A DNA stretch of 64,000 nucleotides from NCBI GenBank assembly GCA_048390825.1, contig DBGCYC010000052.1, positions 4,119 to 68,118 of the forward strand. Direction: 5' to 3'. Numbering within the stretch: position 1 is the first letter of the stretch; each line of letters begins with the position of its first letter. Position numbers and translations under genes: made by a program. The notes under the pieces were generated by a model that saw nothing but the letters and a program-made list of their open reading frames with translations, had not been told where the DNA came from and made no database searches. The stretch comes from Candidatus Merdousia sp. (lineage in GTDB: Bacteria; Verrucomicrobiota; Verrucomicrobiia; Opitutales; Intestinicryptomonadaceae). Positions 41,191-50,676 of the stretch are shown one piece after another.

Positions 41191-44172
41191 ATGAAGCTAA
41201 AGTTTAGCGCAGATTTGGGGTACCAGTTAGACGCGATTGCGTCGGTGGTGGACCTTTTTAAAGGACAGGAGAGTTTTAGCTCTACTTGCTCTTTGGATTT
41301 GTCTGGCAGGCAAAACGGCGTCTTGATAACGGAGGACGCCGTAGGCAACAATTTGGCAATATCTGAAGAAAAACTACTGGAAAACCTAAATGAAGTACAG
41401 TTGCGCAACTGCATATCGCCTTCGCCCAAAGAAAAGTTGACTGCTCCCTATGATTTCACAGTGGAAATGGAGACAGGAACGGGCAAAACATACGTCTATT
41501 TGCGCACGATATTTGAGCTAAACAAAATATACGGATTTTCTAAATTCATTATTGTGGTACCCTCAATCGCCATAAAAGAAGGCGTGTGGAAATCCATATC
41601 TATAATGACGGAACACTTTAGAAGCCTATACGACAACGTTGCGTTCGACCCATTTGTGTACGACTCCTCAAAGCCCACAAGGATAAGAAACTTTGCGTCT
41701 TCCAACAGCTTGCAAGTAATGATTATCAACATAGACGCATTCAGAAAATCATTTGAGGGCGACAAAGATAAAGAGACAAAAGCAAACCTAATTCACAGGG
41801 AAACCGAAAAGCTTAATTGGGAAAAACCCATAAGCCTGATTCAAGCCACAAACCCAATTGTAATTATAGACGAGCCTCAAAGTGTAGATACAACCGCCAA
41901 GAGCAAAGAGGCGATACAGTCGCTAAACCCGCTCTATAAACTGCGCTATTCGGCAACGCACGTCGAAAAATTCAACATGGTCTACAGGCTCGATTCGATA
42001 GACGCATACGAGCAAAAGCTTGTAAAACAAATTGAAGTTGCGGGCATAGAGGTTCAAGACGGCAACAACGCTCCTTATGTGAGGCTAATCTCAACTTCAA
42101 ACAAAGACGGGAAAATAAGCGCAAAAGTAGAGCTTGATGCGCTCGCAAAAGACGGCGGCGTAAAGCGCAAATCCAAAACCGTAAAGAGCGGGCAGGATTT
42201 GTACGACGTATCGGGCGGCAGGGACCTTTACAAAAATTTGTATATCTCCGAAATAAACACTTCTGAAGACGCCTTCATAAGGCTTTCAAACGGCGAAGAA
42301 ATAATGCTCGGCACCGCCGTTGGCGAAGTGAATAAGGACTTTTACCAGCGTGTTCAAATCAGAAAGACAATAGAAGAACACCTTGAAAAGGAAAAGCGCC
42401 TGCGCCCCAAGGGAATCAAAGTTCTAAGCCTGTTTTTTATAGACAGAGTCGCCAATTACAGAAGCTACGCCGAAAACGGCAACCCCATAAAAGGGAAATT
42501 TGCGAAAATGTTTGAGGAGGAATATTTGAAAGCCGCCAAGTTGCCGCGCTTCAATACGCTCTTTAAAGAGGTGGATCTGTCAACATCGGCGCAGGAAGTC
42601 CACAATGGATACTTTTCAATAGACGGCAAGAAAAAGGATTCTTCCGGGAAAGACATTTTAAAAGACACAAGTTCGCGCAAGGAGGACGAATCCGCGTTCA
42701 ATACGATTATGAAGGATAAAGAATGGCTATTGTCCTTCGACTGCAAACTGAAATTTATATTCTCGCATTCGGCCTTGCGCGAAGGCTGGGACAACCCGAA
42801 CGTGTTTCAAATTTGCACGCTAAACGAGACGGATTCAACTCTCAAAAAGCGCCAGGAAATAGGACGCGGCCTGCGTATTGCCGTAAACCAAGACGGAGAG
42901 CGCGTCTTTGAGGGCAATGTAAATATCCTCACGATAATGGCGAACGAATCTTACGCGGATTTTGCAAAAAAATTGCAGACGGAAATCGAGGCGGAACAAG
43001 GCATAAAGTTCGGCGTAATAGAAAAAGGCTTCTTTGCGTCGCTTTCCATAAAGACAGAGAATGGCGAAGTTTCTTATCTTGGCCTGGAACAGTCCGAAAA
43101 ACTCTATGCGCACTTGCGGCAATACGGCTATATAGACAATAAAGACAAAGTCACAGAATTACTAAGACAGGGCTTGAGAAACGATAGCGTAAACATTCCG
43201 ACGGAATTTGAAAATATTCGCCCGCAAATTATCGCTATGGTTCGCAAAGTTGCCGGCAAGCTGAATATAAAAAATAAAGACAATAGGCGCAAGGTATCGG
43301 TAAATAAACAGATCTATCTTGATCCCGAATTTAAGGAACTTTGGGATAAAATAAAAAATAAGACTATTTACAGCGTAAATTTCGACGCCAGAAAACTCGT
43401 AGAAGAAGCGTCGGAAGAAATTATGAAGTCTTTGCGAGTAAAAGACACTCAGTTTGTGTATTCAAAGGCGGGACTTGATATAAATAGAGGCGAGATTTCC
43501 ACAAAAAATGAACGCACTTCAATAGAATTTAATGACGGAGAAAAACTGGCACTACCCGATATTGTCTCTTTCCTGCAGTCCGAAACAAACCTCAAGCGCA
43601 AGACTATCGTGGAAATTCTTGTCCGCAGCAAGCGTATAGGCGATTTTAAGCGCAATCCTCAACAGTTTATTGAAGATGTCTTAAAAATCATAAAGCTGAA
43701 AATGAAAGCTATGATTGTGGACGGCGTAAAGTACCACAAGATAAGCTCGTATTATGCGCAGGAACTTCTCGATTCGGAGGAATTAAATTCCTACTTAGAC
43801 AAGATGATGGAATCTAAAAAAAGCGTTTACGATTATGTTGTCTATGATTCGGCGGTCGAATCGCGCTTTGCCGAAGAAATGGAGAAAAACGACAAAGTAA
43901 AGCTTTACGTCAAACTGCCGGATTGGTTCAAAATCAATACGCCGCTTGGAACATACAATCCTGATTGGGCGGTATTAGTTGAAGACGAATACAAGCAAAA
44001 GAAGCTATTCTTCATTTTGGAAACCAAAGGAGTTCTATTTGAAGAACAACTTGCACTTGAGCAACGTTTGAAGATACATTGTGGGAAACGCCATTTTGAA
44101 GCTTTAGAATCTGGTATTGACTATGAAATGACAAACTCCTTTGAAGATTTTAGAAGCATGTTTTCTCACTAA
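41191..44172 (+). CDS. res: Type III R-M restriction subunit (Res)
   Basis: EMETGTGKTYVY, IIDEPQ, RYSATH, HSALREGWDNPNVFQIC, QEIGRGLR, YNPDWA...ETKG nuclease. Confidence 0.95.
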   Translation: MKLKFSADLGYQLDAIASVVDLFKGQESFSSTCSLDLSGRQNGVLITEDAVGNNLAISEEKLLENLNEVQLRNCISPSPKEKLTAPYDFTVEMETGTGKTYVYLRTIFELNKIYGFSKFIIVVPSIAIKEGVWKSISIMTEHFRSLYDNVAFDPFVYDSSKPTRIRNFASSNSLQVMIINIDAFRKSFEGDKDKETKANLIHRETEKLNWEKPISLIQATNPIVIIDEPQSVDTTAKSKEAIQSLNPLYKLRYSATHVEKFNMVYRLDSIDAYEQKLVKQIEVAGIEVQDGNNAPYVRLISTSNKDGKISAKVELDALAKDGGVKRKSKTVKSGQDLYDVSGGRDLYKNLYISEINTSEDAFIRLSNGEEIMLGTAVGEVNKDFYQRVQIRKTIEEHLEKEKRLRPKGIKVLSLFFIDRVANYRSYAENGNPIKGKFAKMFEEEYLKAAKLPRFNTLFKEVDLSTSAQEVHNGYFSIDGKKKDSSGKDILKDTSSRKEDESAFNTIMKDKEWLLSFDCKLKFIFSHSALREGWDNPNVFQICTLNETDSTLKKRQEIGRGLRIAVNQDGERVFEGNVNILTIMANESYADFAKKLQTEIEAEQGIKFGVIEKGFFASLSIKTENGEVSYLGLEQSEKLYAHLRQYGYIDNKDKVTELLRQGLRNDSVNIPTEFENIRPQIIAMVRKVAGKLNIKNKDNRRKVSVNKQIYLDPEFKELWDKIKNKTIYSVNFDARKLVEEASEEIMKSLRVKDTQFVYSKAGLDINRGEISTKNERTSIEFNDGEKLALPDIVSFLQSETNLKRKTIVEILVRSKRIGDFKRNPQQFIEDVLKIIKLKMKAMIVDGVKYHKISSYYAQELLDSEELNSYLDKMMESKKSVYDYVVYDSAVESRFAEEMEKNDKVKLYVKLPDWFKINTPLGTYNPDWAVLVEDEYKQKKLFFILETKGVLFEEQLALEQRLKIHCGKRHFEALESGIDYEMTNSFEDFRSMFSH

Positions 44173-44332
44173 GCAAGACTTCTCAGCGTCTTCTATCTTG
44201 ATTGGAAAATATCCTTTTCTATCTATTCCAAAAATCGTCAGAGGGAGGCGTATTTGGAGGACTCTTTGGTGTTATATTTTGGGAACCCTTGCATGACTGA
44301 GTCTGTGATAGATCTATTTTATTGGAATCGGA

Positions 44333-44581
44333 TATTCCAATCGCGCTGTTTCTCGGCGGTGTCTGGCTCTCTGGGTGCGCCGCTATGGAAACCTCTACGA
44401 CGATAACGGCAACCTGAAAACAGAACTCGTAGAGGACATAAGGGCATGCGTAACTTTTGTTAGAGAAGTCACCGATTCCGCCGCGCCCGACCTCTCTCCC
44501 GTTGTACTGGGCGGTTCTGGCGTGGTCGGAGGCGCGCTCGCTCTCATAGGCAAGGCGTTCTTCCGTAGAAAGGAATCCTAA
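44333..44581 (+). pseudogene. Truncated/frameshifted small lipoprotein-like, phage-like gene
   Basis: IPIALFLGGVWLSGCAAME in one frame continues as LYDDNGNL...VVLGGSGVVGGALALIGKAFFRRKES in another. Confidence 0.4.
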
Positions 44582-44584
44582 AAA

Positions 44585-44770
44585 ATGGCTGTCGATAAAA
44601 AGTATATAGACGAACTTAAAGCCGCCGTAAAAACGCGCGAAGAGGCCGAAGCCGCAGAAAAAGCTCGTCAAGACGCAATAGAAGCCAAACGCAACAAACC
44701 TAAGATTGTTGTAGTGCTTGCACAAGGTGGGAGGTTTTCCGCATTTCGGCAGTTCGGGAGGCGCTACTAA
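44585..44770 (+). CDS. Small hypothetical protein (phage-like)
   Basis: SD AAGGA; 61 aa coiled-coil-like; TAATG coupling to the next ORF. Confidence 0.55.
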   Translation: MAVDKKYIDELKAAVKTREEAEAAEKARQDAIEAKRNKPKIVVVLAQGGRFSAFRQFGRRY

Positions 44771-44994
44771 TGGCAAGGCGATTATCAAAAACGGGAACAT
44801 TTAAGATAAACCGCGACGCGACGGCGAATTATACAAATGAAAAACACCGTCCACTTATCGCCCGTGAATACAAAATTATGACGTATTCCGACGGTACATT
44901 CAAGGTGACGCCGAAAGAATCCCCGGCTAAAAAGACGGGCAGAAAAACCGCTAAAAAAACGGCGGCCAAACGTAAAACGTCAATTTACATCTAA
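44770..44994 (+). CDS. Small basic protein with Lys/Ala-rich tail (phage-like)
   Basis: C-terminal PAKKTGRKTAKKTAAKRK; translationally coupled. Confidence 0.55.
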   Translation: MARRLSKTGTFKINRDATANYTNEKHRPLIAREYKIMTYSDGTFKVTPKESPAKKTGRKTAKKTAAKRKTSIYI

Positions 44995-45176
44995 GCCAGT
45001 GCTTTTATTTAAATATAAAACAATAAAAAAATACGTTTAATGCCATAATGCAAAAGACGTGGCTTTTTAAGGCGAAATAGGACGGCTTTGGGGGAGGGAT
45101 TCAAGGCGATAAGCCGAACAGGCATTAAGCAGTTTCTCCTTGCAACTAATTTATCGCCGTTTAGATGCAAAAGAAT

Positions 45177-45200
45177 GAACCGCGCTGTTTAACGCGGTTC
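45177..45200 (-). terminator. Probable terminator downstream of tmRNA
   Basis: GAACCGCG-N8-CGCGGTTC followed on the minus strand by ATTCTTTT. Confidence 0.55.
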
Positions 45201-45213
45201 GCCCTTTTAAATA

Positions 45214-45564
45214 TGGTGGAGATGGCGGGAGTCGAACCCGCGTCCTGAGAGCTTTCGGCTATACCGTCTACATGCTTAGTCTCCTATTGGTCTTTCAAAG
45301 CGGTTGGGTCGGGACTTCCTCCGCTTCGGCGCCGGGCGGTTTGCGGCGGCCGCAGCCCCGTCCGGGCAGCTGCAACCCCTGTTCCCGATGTCGACGCCGG
45401 GCATCCCATACCGGGAATCTGGGAGCCGACGCGCCGCTTAGTTAAGCAGCGATAGCGTATTCTTCGCCATTTATGTTTTGTGTGACACATTTTTACGGAG
45501 CCAAGTGTCGTCTCCGGCATGCGGGCATAATCTACGACCCAAAGTCGAATTCCGGAACATCCCC
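45214..45564 (-). ncRNA. ssrA: tmRNA; tag peptide (A)GEEYAIAA at 45468-45442
   Basis: 5' GGGGATGTTCCGGAATTCGAC; 3' GGACGCGGGTTCGACTCCCGCCATCTCCACCA; 351 nt; internal GGC GAA GAA TAC GCT ATC GCT GCT TAA. Confidence 0.95.
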
Positions 45565-45661
45565 GTAAATTCTTTTTGCGCCCGGATTAATCCGTACGAT
45601 TTTAGTTATCGGCAAATTCTTCCCCAATTCAAGCATTTTATCGCATGCCGAGCGCTTTAAC

Positions 45662-45811
45662 GCGGGCCTGACGTGGGAGTGCATAATAGGCCTCTCGCCG
45701 CGCCGCCTGCGGTTCATATCCCGCGCCATAGACCGCCGGAGGGTGTTCGACAAGCTCGACTTCTTCGAGGCCGCGCCGCCCTCATGGACGAAAAATCCTC
45801 AACCGGCTTAA
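45662..45811 (+). pseudogene. Possible phage tail assembly chaperone fragment
   Basis: GLTWECIIGLSPRRLRFISRAI resembles gpT/gpE'-like segments; lies upstream of a tape-measure-like fragment. Confidence 0.4.
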
Positions 45812-45847
45812 CCGCGAATTGAGGGAGGTTCAGGAGTAGAAGGGGGG

Positions 45848-46042
45848 TTATTTCATCCAGCGATGCTCCCTGTCTCCGACAAAGGTGCTGGCGCCGTCAA
45901 CCATGCCAATGCCCTTAAGCTTATCCAAAAGGACATTTATCAGGCACAAGAAGAATATGAAGCCGCCCATGACAGCAACGAAGATGACGATTTTCAACAG
46001 AATATCGAGCATGTTCATAACAGTTGTCGGTTCTTCAGCCAT
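45848..46042 (-). CDS. Small single-TM hypothetical protein
   Basis: SD AAGGA; 64 aa with one hydrophobic helix; AT-rich. Confidence 0.5.
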   Translation of the reverse strand: MAEEPTTVMNMLDILLKIVIFVAVMGGFIFFLCLINVLLDKLKGIGMVDGASTFVGDREHRWMK

Positions 46043-46090
46043 TCCTTTTTTTTTCTACAAGGAAAGTATCGCTCAAAAATTCATTATACA

Positions 46091-46297
46091 TCAAAATCTT
46101 TCATAACGGTCGCGCATAAAGGTACGACCACCGGGAATGGTAGAATGTTTTATGAATCCGTTTATCAAAAGAAGAATGAAACAAAATCCAATGAATACGC
46201 CGAAAGCGACTATGGAGGCGACAATGGCTCTGCCTATTTCAGAAGGCAAAAGAAACAGAAAAACGATTCCCGAAACTACAAGAGGCACGAGAAGCAA
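46091..46297 (-). CDS. Small 2-TM hypothetical protein (start uncertain)
   Basis: Two hydrophobic helices; AT-rich. Confidence 0.45.
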   Translation of the reverse strand: MLLVPLVVSGIVFLFLLPSEIGRAIVASIVAFGVFIGFCFILLLINGFIKHSTIPGGRTFMRDRYERF

Positions 46298-46379
46298 GTA
46301 AACTCCTATCTTTTTAATAACCTTTATTTAAATGTAAGTATCGCTCAAAAATAGATAAAATCAACAAAAATTGACGGAT

Positions 46380-46654
46380 ATGGCCGACGGAAAACCCTAC
46401 AACATTTCCATTGAAACGCAGGCGCAGATAGCGGAGCTCCAGAAGCTATTTGCGGAGCTCAAGTCCATCAATGCCGAGATTGCCAAGCTCAACGGGCTGA
46501 CGTTCGACGCCCTGAATTCGTCGGCCTCGGGGCTCATAAAGACCGGGCGCGAGCTTTCGCGCGCGCTCACACCCTTCCCAAGTCCTCAAAGCGGGCGGCG
46601 GACGGCGTGAAAAAAATCCGGGAGGAATCGAAGAAGGCTGAAACGGGTTTAAAT
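46380..46654 (+). pseudogene. N-terminal fragment of a phage tape-measure-like protein
   Basis: MADGKPYNISIETQAQ..ELQKL..ELKSIN..; after a frameshift near 46580, KRAADGVKKIREESKKAETG; cut off by the MFS gene. Confidence 0.5.
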
Positions 46655-47827
46655 TTAGAGGCGCGACCTCACCCGCGGCGCGAGTACCGTGACGAGCATG
46701 CCTATGCACGCCATCGTTGCGAGCGACCACCGGAGGCTCGAGGCGTGGGCGATGAACCCGATGAGCGGCGGGCCCATCAGAAAACCGAAGAACCCTATCG
46801 TCGACACCGTGGCAATCGCCATTCCGGAGCTCATTCTGCGGGATTTTCCCGCGAGGCTGTAGCATGTCGGAACCACCGTCGAAACGCCGGCGCCCACGAG
46901 CAGAAAACCTATCGACGAAACCGCAACCCCCGGAAGGGCCACCGCGAGGATCATGCCGCAGAAGACGAGGATTCCGCTCGCCTGCAATACGCGGACGACT
47001 CCGAACCTGGTTATCATGAAGTCTCCAAGGAATCTTCCGGTCGCCATAGCCGACATGTAGGCTATGTATCCCAGGCGGCTGGCGTCGTTGCCAGCGCCGA
47101 TTACCTCCTTGAAGTAGACGACGCTCCAGTCGTACATCGTCCCCTCGCAGCTCATGCAGCCGAACGCGATGACGCCGAGCATTATTATAAACGGGGTAGG
47201 CGAAAAAATCGTGCGCTTTTTGCGCGCGTCCGCGGGGTCGGGTTCCGGCTTGATGTCTTCCGGCAAAATGAAATTCCGGGCTGCGAGCGTTACAGCCACG
47301 CTGAAAACAAAAACCCCGGCGAAATTTTGAAAAAGCCCAACATTGTTTGCGGCGAGCATCGCGCTCAAAATTCCGCCGCAGAACCCCGCGAGGCTCCAGA
47401 GGCCGTGGAATGACGCCATAATCGAGCGGCCGTAGACGCACTCTACTCCGACCGCCTGCGTGTTTATTGATATGTTGTTCAGGTTTGCGGCGACCCCGAA
47501 GCCCATGAGGGTGGCAAAAAGCGCCGACGAGGAGCCCGCAAACGAGAGCGCGACGAGCATGGAGGGGTAGGCGATCCCGGCGACAAGCGCCATCATTCTG
47601 CTGCCGAAGCGCGTGACGAGATATCCCGAAAGCGCCATCGCGCACACCTGCCCGAGCGGAAGCGCGAAGAGTATTCCGCCGAGGTCGGCCTCGTTGAGGT
47701 TCAGCTTTGTCTTTACGTCGGCGATTCTGCTCGCCCAGGTTGCGAATATTATTCCCTGGTTGAAAAACAGCCAGCCGAGGGCGACGCGGTATACGGCGGG
47801 GCTGTAGCGTAGGTTTTGGAAATCCAT
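46655..47827 (-). CDS. MFS transporter
   Basis: WASRI, RFGSR, IMASFHGLWSL.G, EG.MYDWS, M..GRF.GD, GPPLIG. Confidence 0.92.
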   Translation of the reverse strand: MDFQNLRYSPAVYRVALGWLFFNQGIIFATWASRIADVKTKLNLNEADLGGILFALPLGQVCAMALSGYLVTRFGSRMMALVAGIAYPSMLVALSFAGSSSALFATLMGFGVAANLNNISINTQAVGVECVYGRSIMASFHGLWSLAGFCGGILSAMLAANNVGLFQNFAGVFVFSVAVTLAARNFILPEDIKPEPDPADARKKRTIFSPTPFIIMLGVIAFGCMSCEGTMYDWSVVYFKEVIGAGNDASRLGYIAYMSAMATGRFLGDFMITRFGVVRVLQASGILVFCGMILAVALPGVAVSSIGFLLVGAGVSTVVPTCYSLAGKSRRMSSGMAIATVSTIGFFGFLMGPPLIGFIAHASSLRWSLATMACIGMLVTVLAPRVRSRL

Positions 47828-47988
47828 ATGCAGCGGAAAAATTAGGGAGGAATTAGAGCACCGGTCGAGGGGATTTCAACACAAATATCGGCGGAAATTT
47901 TGCGCATTTAGGATAATCCGGTTCGCCTTTCGCCGAGCGTTCCGGGCGGAAAATCCGCACATGGCCCGAAAATTTTTCCAAAAAAAGC

Positions 47989-48017
47989 TTGCAAGTGTTG
48001 GCGGTTTATTCCATAGT
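47989..48017 (+). promoter_or_regulatory. Sigma70-type promoter of tRNA-Leu
   Basis: TTGCAA-17 nt-CATAGT with an A-tract upstream. Confidence 0.6.
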
Positions 48018-48041
48018 CATGACTTTAAAAATAACTCAAAT

Positions 48042-48126
48042 GCTCAGGTGGTGGAATTGGTAGACACGTACGTTTGAGGGGCGTATGACGAAAGTCGTGT
48101 GGGTTCGAGTCCCGTCCTGAGCACCA
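48042..48126 (+). tRNA. tRNA-Leu(GAG)
   Basis: GCTCAGG/CCTGAGC acceptor stem + ACCA; anticodon arm TACGT-TTGAGGG-GCGTA; long variable arm; GGTTCGAGTCC. Confidence 0.95.
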
Positions 48127-48130
48127 ATTT

Positions 48131-48160
48131 AAGTTAACGCGAATCTGCGTTAACTTTTTT
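48131..48160 (+). terminator. Terminator after tRNA-Leu
   Basis: AAGTTAACGC-GAATCT-GCGTTAACTT followed by a T run. Confidence 0.75.
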
Positions 48161-48769
48161 GCTTTTATGTTCCAGCCTTTGCAAATAAGGTATTTGTGGA
48201 GTTGCGTTGTTTAACGCCCTTTCGCTGTAAGAGCTTTTCGGCATCTTTTAAAAAGCCAAATTGTCGCCAAACCGCCTGCTAAAAATGATTGCATGCTTAT
48301 ATTGTGGGCATGGAAAGCTCAATTGCATCTAAAAACGCCCACAACCAGCTTGTTGCATATGCGATTTTGACCGATTTTTAAGCGGCATAGGCGACAGCTC
48401 AAAAATAATCCCAATACTTGACGGGACAATCAGCGAGAACCTGAAGCGCCATGGCAATGATTTTGGACGGCTCGTCCAAAACTCCGATGCAATGGGAAAA
48501 GGTTTTCGCGGCAGTTCAAAAGCCGGATTGTATTTGCAATGTTGTAGAGCTTTTCCGGGTTCATGAAATGTATATCCGTTTTGTTTGCCGTATCGCAGTT
48601 GTCATTTCGTAAACTATGCAAACTATCATCTCTTTTCGGATCCCGAGAATTGGCAGAATTACAGATAATTTAAAAAATCAAATAATTCTTTTCTTGACTG
48701 AATTGACAGTTGTTTGCTGTACTTAAAAAATAAATTTTAAGGGCGATTTATAAAACGCAAAAGGTTAGA

Positions 48770-49162
48770 ATGAAGAAATTATGCCCAAAGTGCATTTCCA
48801 TTTTCTTTGCCGGAATATTTTTTTCGGCAGTTTTGGGGTTGTCTTTGTGTTTTCATTCTAATGGCCAGTGGCATTTTACTCCCGCTAAGACGCATGACTG
48901 CGTAGGCGGCGCTGGCGGGGTTGAAGCTTTTGCCCATGTAGATGAAACCTGCATTGATGTCGGTTTTGATTTTGATTCCGAACTGATAGTTCCTGCAAGC
49001 CTTGTCAAAGTAGTTGCCTTTTTTGTTGCCGCCGATACCTTTGAAACAAAGGTTCCTGCGGCTCCCGTAACAAAATACGAAATATTTTCCGTAAAAAATG
49101 CCCCTCCTGATATTATTTTCGGAGAGCTTTACAATAATATAACTGCACGTTTGCTCATTTGA
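48770..49162 (+). CDS. Cys/His-containing leader-type protein upstream of czcCBA
   Basis: Signal/TM, LCFH..G.WH, HDC, C-terminal NAPP...LLI. Confidence 0.6.
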   Translation: MKKLCPKCISIFFAGIFFSAVLGLSLCFHSNGQWHFTPAKTHDCVGGAGGVEAFAHVDETCIDVGFDFDSELIVPASLVKVVAFFVAADTFETKVPAAPVTKYEIFSVKNAPPDIIFGELYNNITARLLI

Positions 49163-49350
49163 AATCCGCCATGCATTGCGCGCGGCGTGATTATATGGAT
49201 ATTGTCCAATGCCATTAAAGCGTTTTTGCAAGCTTTTTAGGCATTAGCTATCGCCTTAGTAAAGGGCAAAATCATGCGCGCCTGCGCGCAATTAAATGTT
49301 CTGCGTCTGTCTTCAGATGCGCATATATCAGGCAATTTAACAAAAAGTGT

Positions 49351-50676
49351 ATGAAAGAATTTGCATTATCTAAAACGAAGTCCCTTTTTTGGGAAAAGCT
49401 GCTGCTGTTGGCTGTGATGGCGTTGGCTTCAGCCAACCTTAATGCCGAAACCGAAAAACGGGAAATTAAAACCGATACTGTGGGATTGGATTCTCTGGTT
49501 TCGGAAATCATAGCAAAAAACCCGGAAATCCAATTTTATAAAGAAGCCATTGCGGGCGCAAAAGCCGGTATGCGCTATTCGTCTTCATGGAACGATCCGG
49601 AATTGTCTTTTGACGTAGGCTATAAAAAGCTGCGCGATTCGGACGGCTCAAAGATTACCGACGGCGCAATCTGGCAGGTTTCTGTCACGCAGGTTTTTGA
49701 ATGGCCCGGGCGCATATCATTGCGCAAGGCAATAGCCCAGCGTGACGTTGAAATGGCCGAATTGGGTGTGGCCCAATTTGAAAACGCTTTGGCTTCACGC
49801 GCACGGACGTTGGCTTTCGGCCTCTATGCGGCGGGCGCAAAAGCCGATGCAATCAGGGAAGTTGCCGACCGTTTTAAGTCGCTTAAAGAAACATTCCTTG
49901 CAAGGGATCCCGGCGGTGTGGGCCCAATGCTTGAAATAAGAGTCATTGAATCAAGCGAATTGGCCCTGCAAAGGCGCGCAACGGAGGCGGAGCTTGCAGT
50001 GCAGTCCGCGCTGATTGAGCTTAATCTTTTGCGCGGTGCGGAAATTGATTTGCCAATAAAAGTTCGCGCACCGTCTTTGAAATTCAAGGATATACCCGAA
50101 CCGGCGAGACTGGTTTCGGCGGCGCGGGCCTATAACTATGACTTCAGAATGCGCAAAGTTGAACTTGAACGGCAAGGCTACGCCGTTGATTTGGCGCGCA
50201 ATGAACGTTATCCCGCCATTTCCGCAGGGCCTTACCTTTCAATGGACAGGGTCGGCGAAAAAGAAACGATAATAGGTTTGAGCGTAAGCCTTCCATTGCC
50301 GTTGACCGACAGGACAAGTTCGGCTGTGGAAGCTGCCCAGTCAAAGCGCAGACAGGCTGAAACAGCTTCAATAGTGGCTTTCCGCGAACTAAATCGCCAG
50401 GTTTTGGTAGCCGCCCAGGCCTACTCTACGAAGCTTAACGAGTCGCGCCAATGGTCGGAAGATTCCGTTAAAAAATTCCGCGACGCCGCAGAGCTTGCCG
50501 ACAGGCATTACCGCATGGGCACTATTCCGATTGCGACATACGTCGAGCTGCAAAACAGCTATTTGGATGCGGTTGAAGCCCTGCTGGACACCCAAAATGA
50601 AATTCTTGCTGCCGGAATGAAGCTTCAGGAATTGACGGGTATTGATTTGAATCCCCGGGAGGAGATTGCGGAATGA
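49351..50676 (+). CDS. TolC/CzcC-like outer membrane efflux protein
   Basis: Signal peptide; NPEI, DPELS, GLSVSLPLP, YRMG.I; first gene of an RND operon. Confidence 0.88.
   Translation: MKEFALSKTKSLFWEKLLLLAVMALASANLNAETEKREIKTDTVGLDSLVSEIIAKNPEIQFYKEAIAGAKAGMRYSSSWNDPELSFDVGYKKLRDSDGSKITDGAIWQVSVTQVFEWPGRISLRKAIAQRDVEMAELGVAQFENALASRARTLAFGLYAAGAKADAIREVADRFKSLKETFLARDPGGVGPMLEIRVIESSELALQRRATEAELAVQSALIELNLLRGAEIDLPIKVRAPSLKFKDIPEPARLVSAARAYNYDFRMRKVELERQGYAVDLARNERYPAISAGPYLSMDRVGEKETIIGLSVSLPLPLTDRTSSAVEAAQSKRRQAETASIVAFRELNRQVLVAAQAYSTKLNESRQWSEDSVKKFRDAAELADRHYRMGTIPIATYVELQNSYLDAVEALLDTQNEILAAGMKLQELTGIDLNPREEIAE

Noticed and set aside
33900..45213. Intact integrative element with att duplication of the tmRNA 3' end
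   Set aside because: No integrase and no second copy of the ssrA 3' sequence found by eye; the left end appears deleted
45284..45753. Short ORFs overlapping ssrA
   Set aside because: Explained by the tmRNA gene and its promoter region
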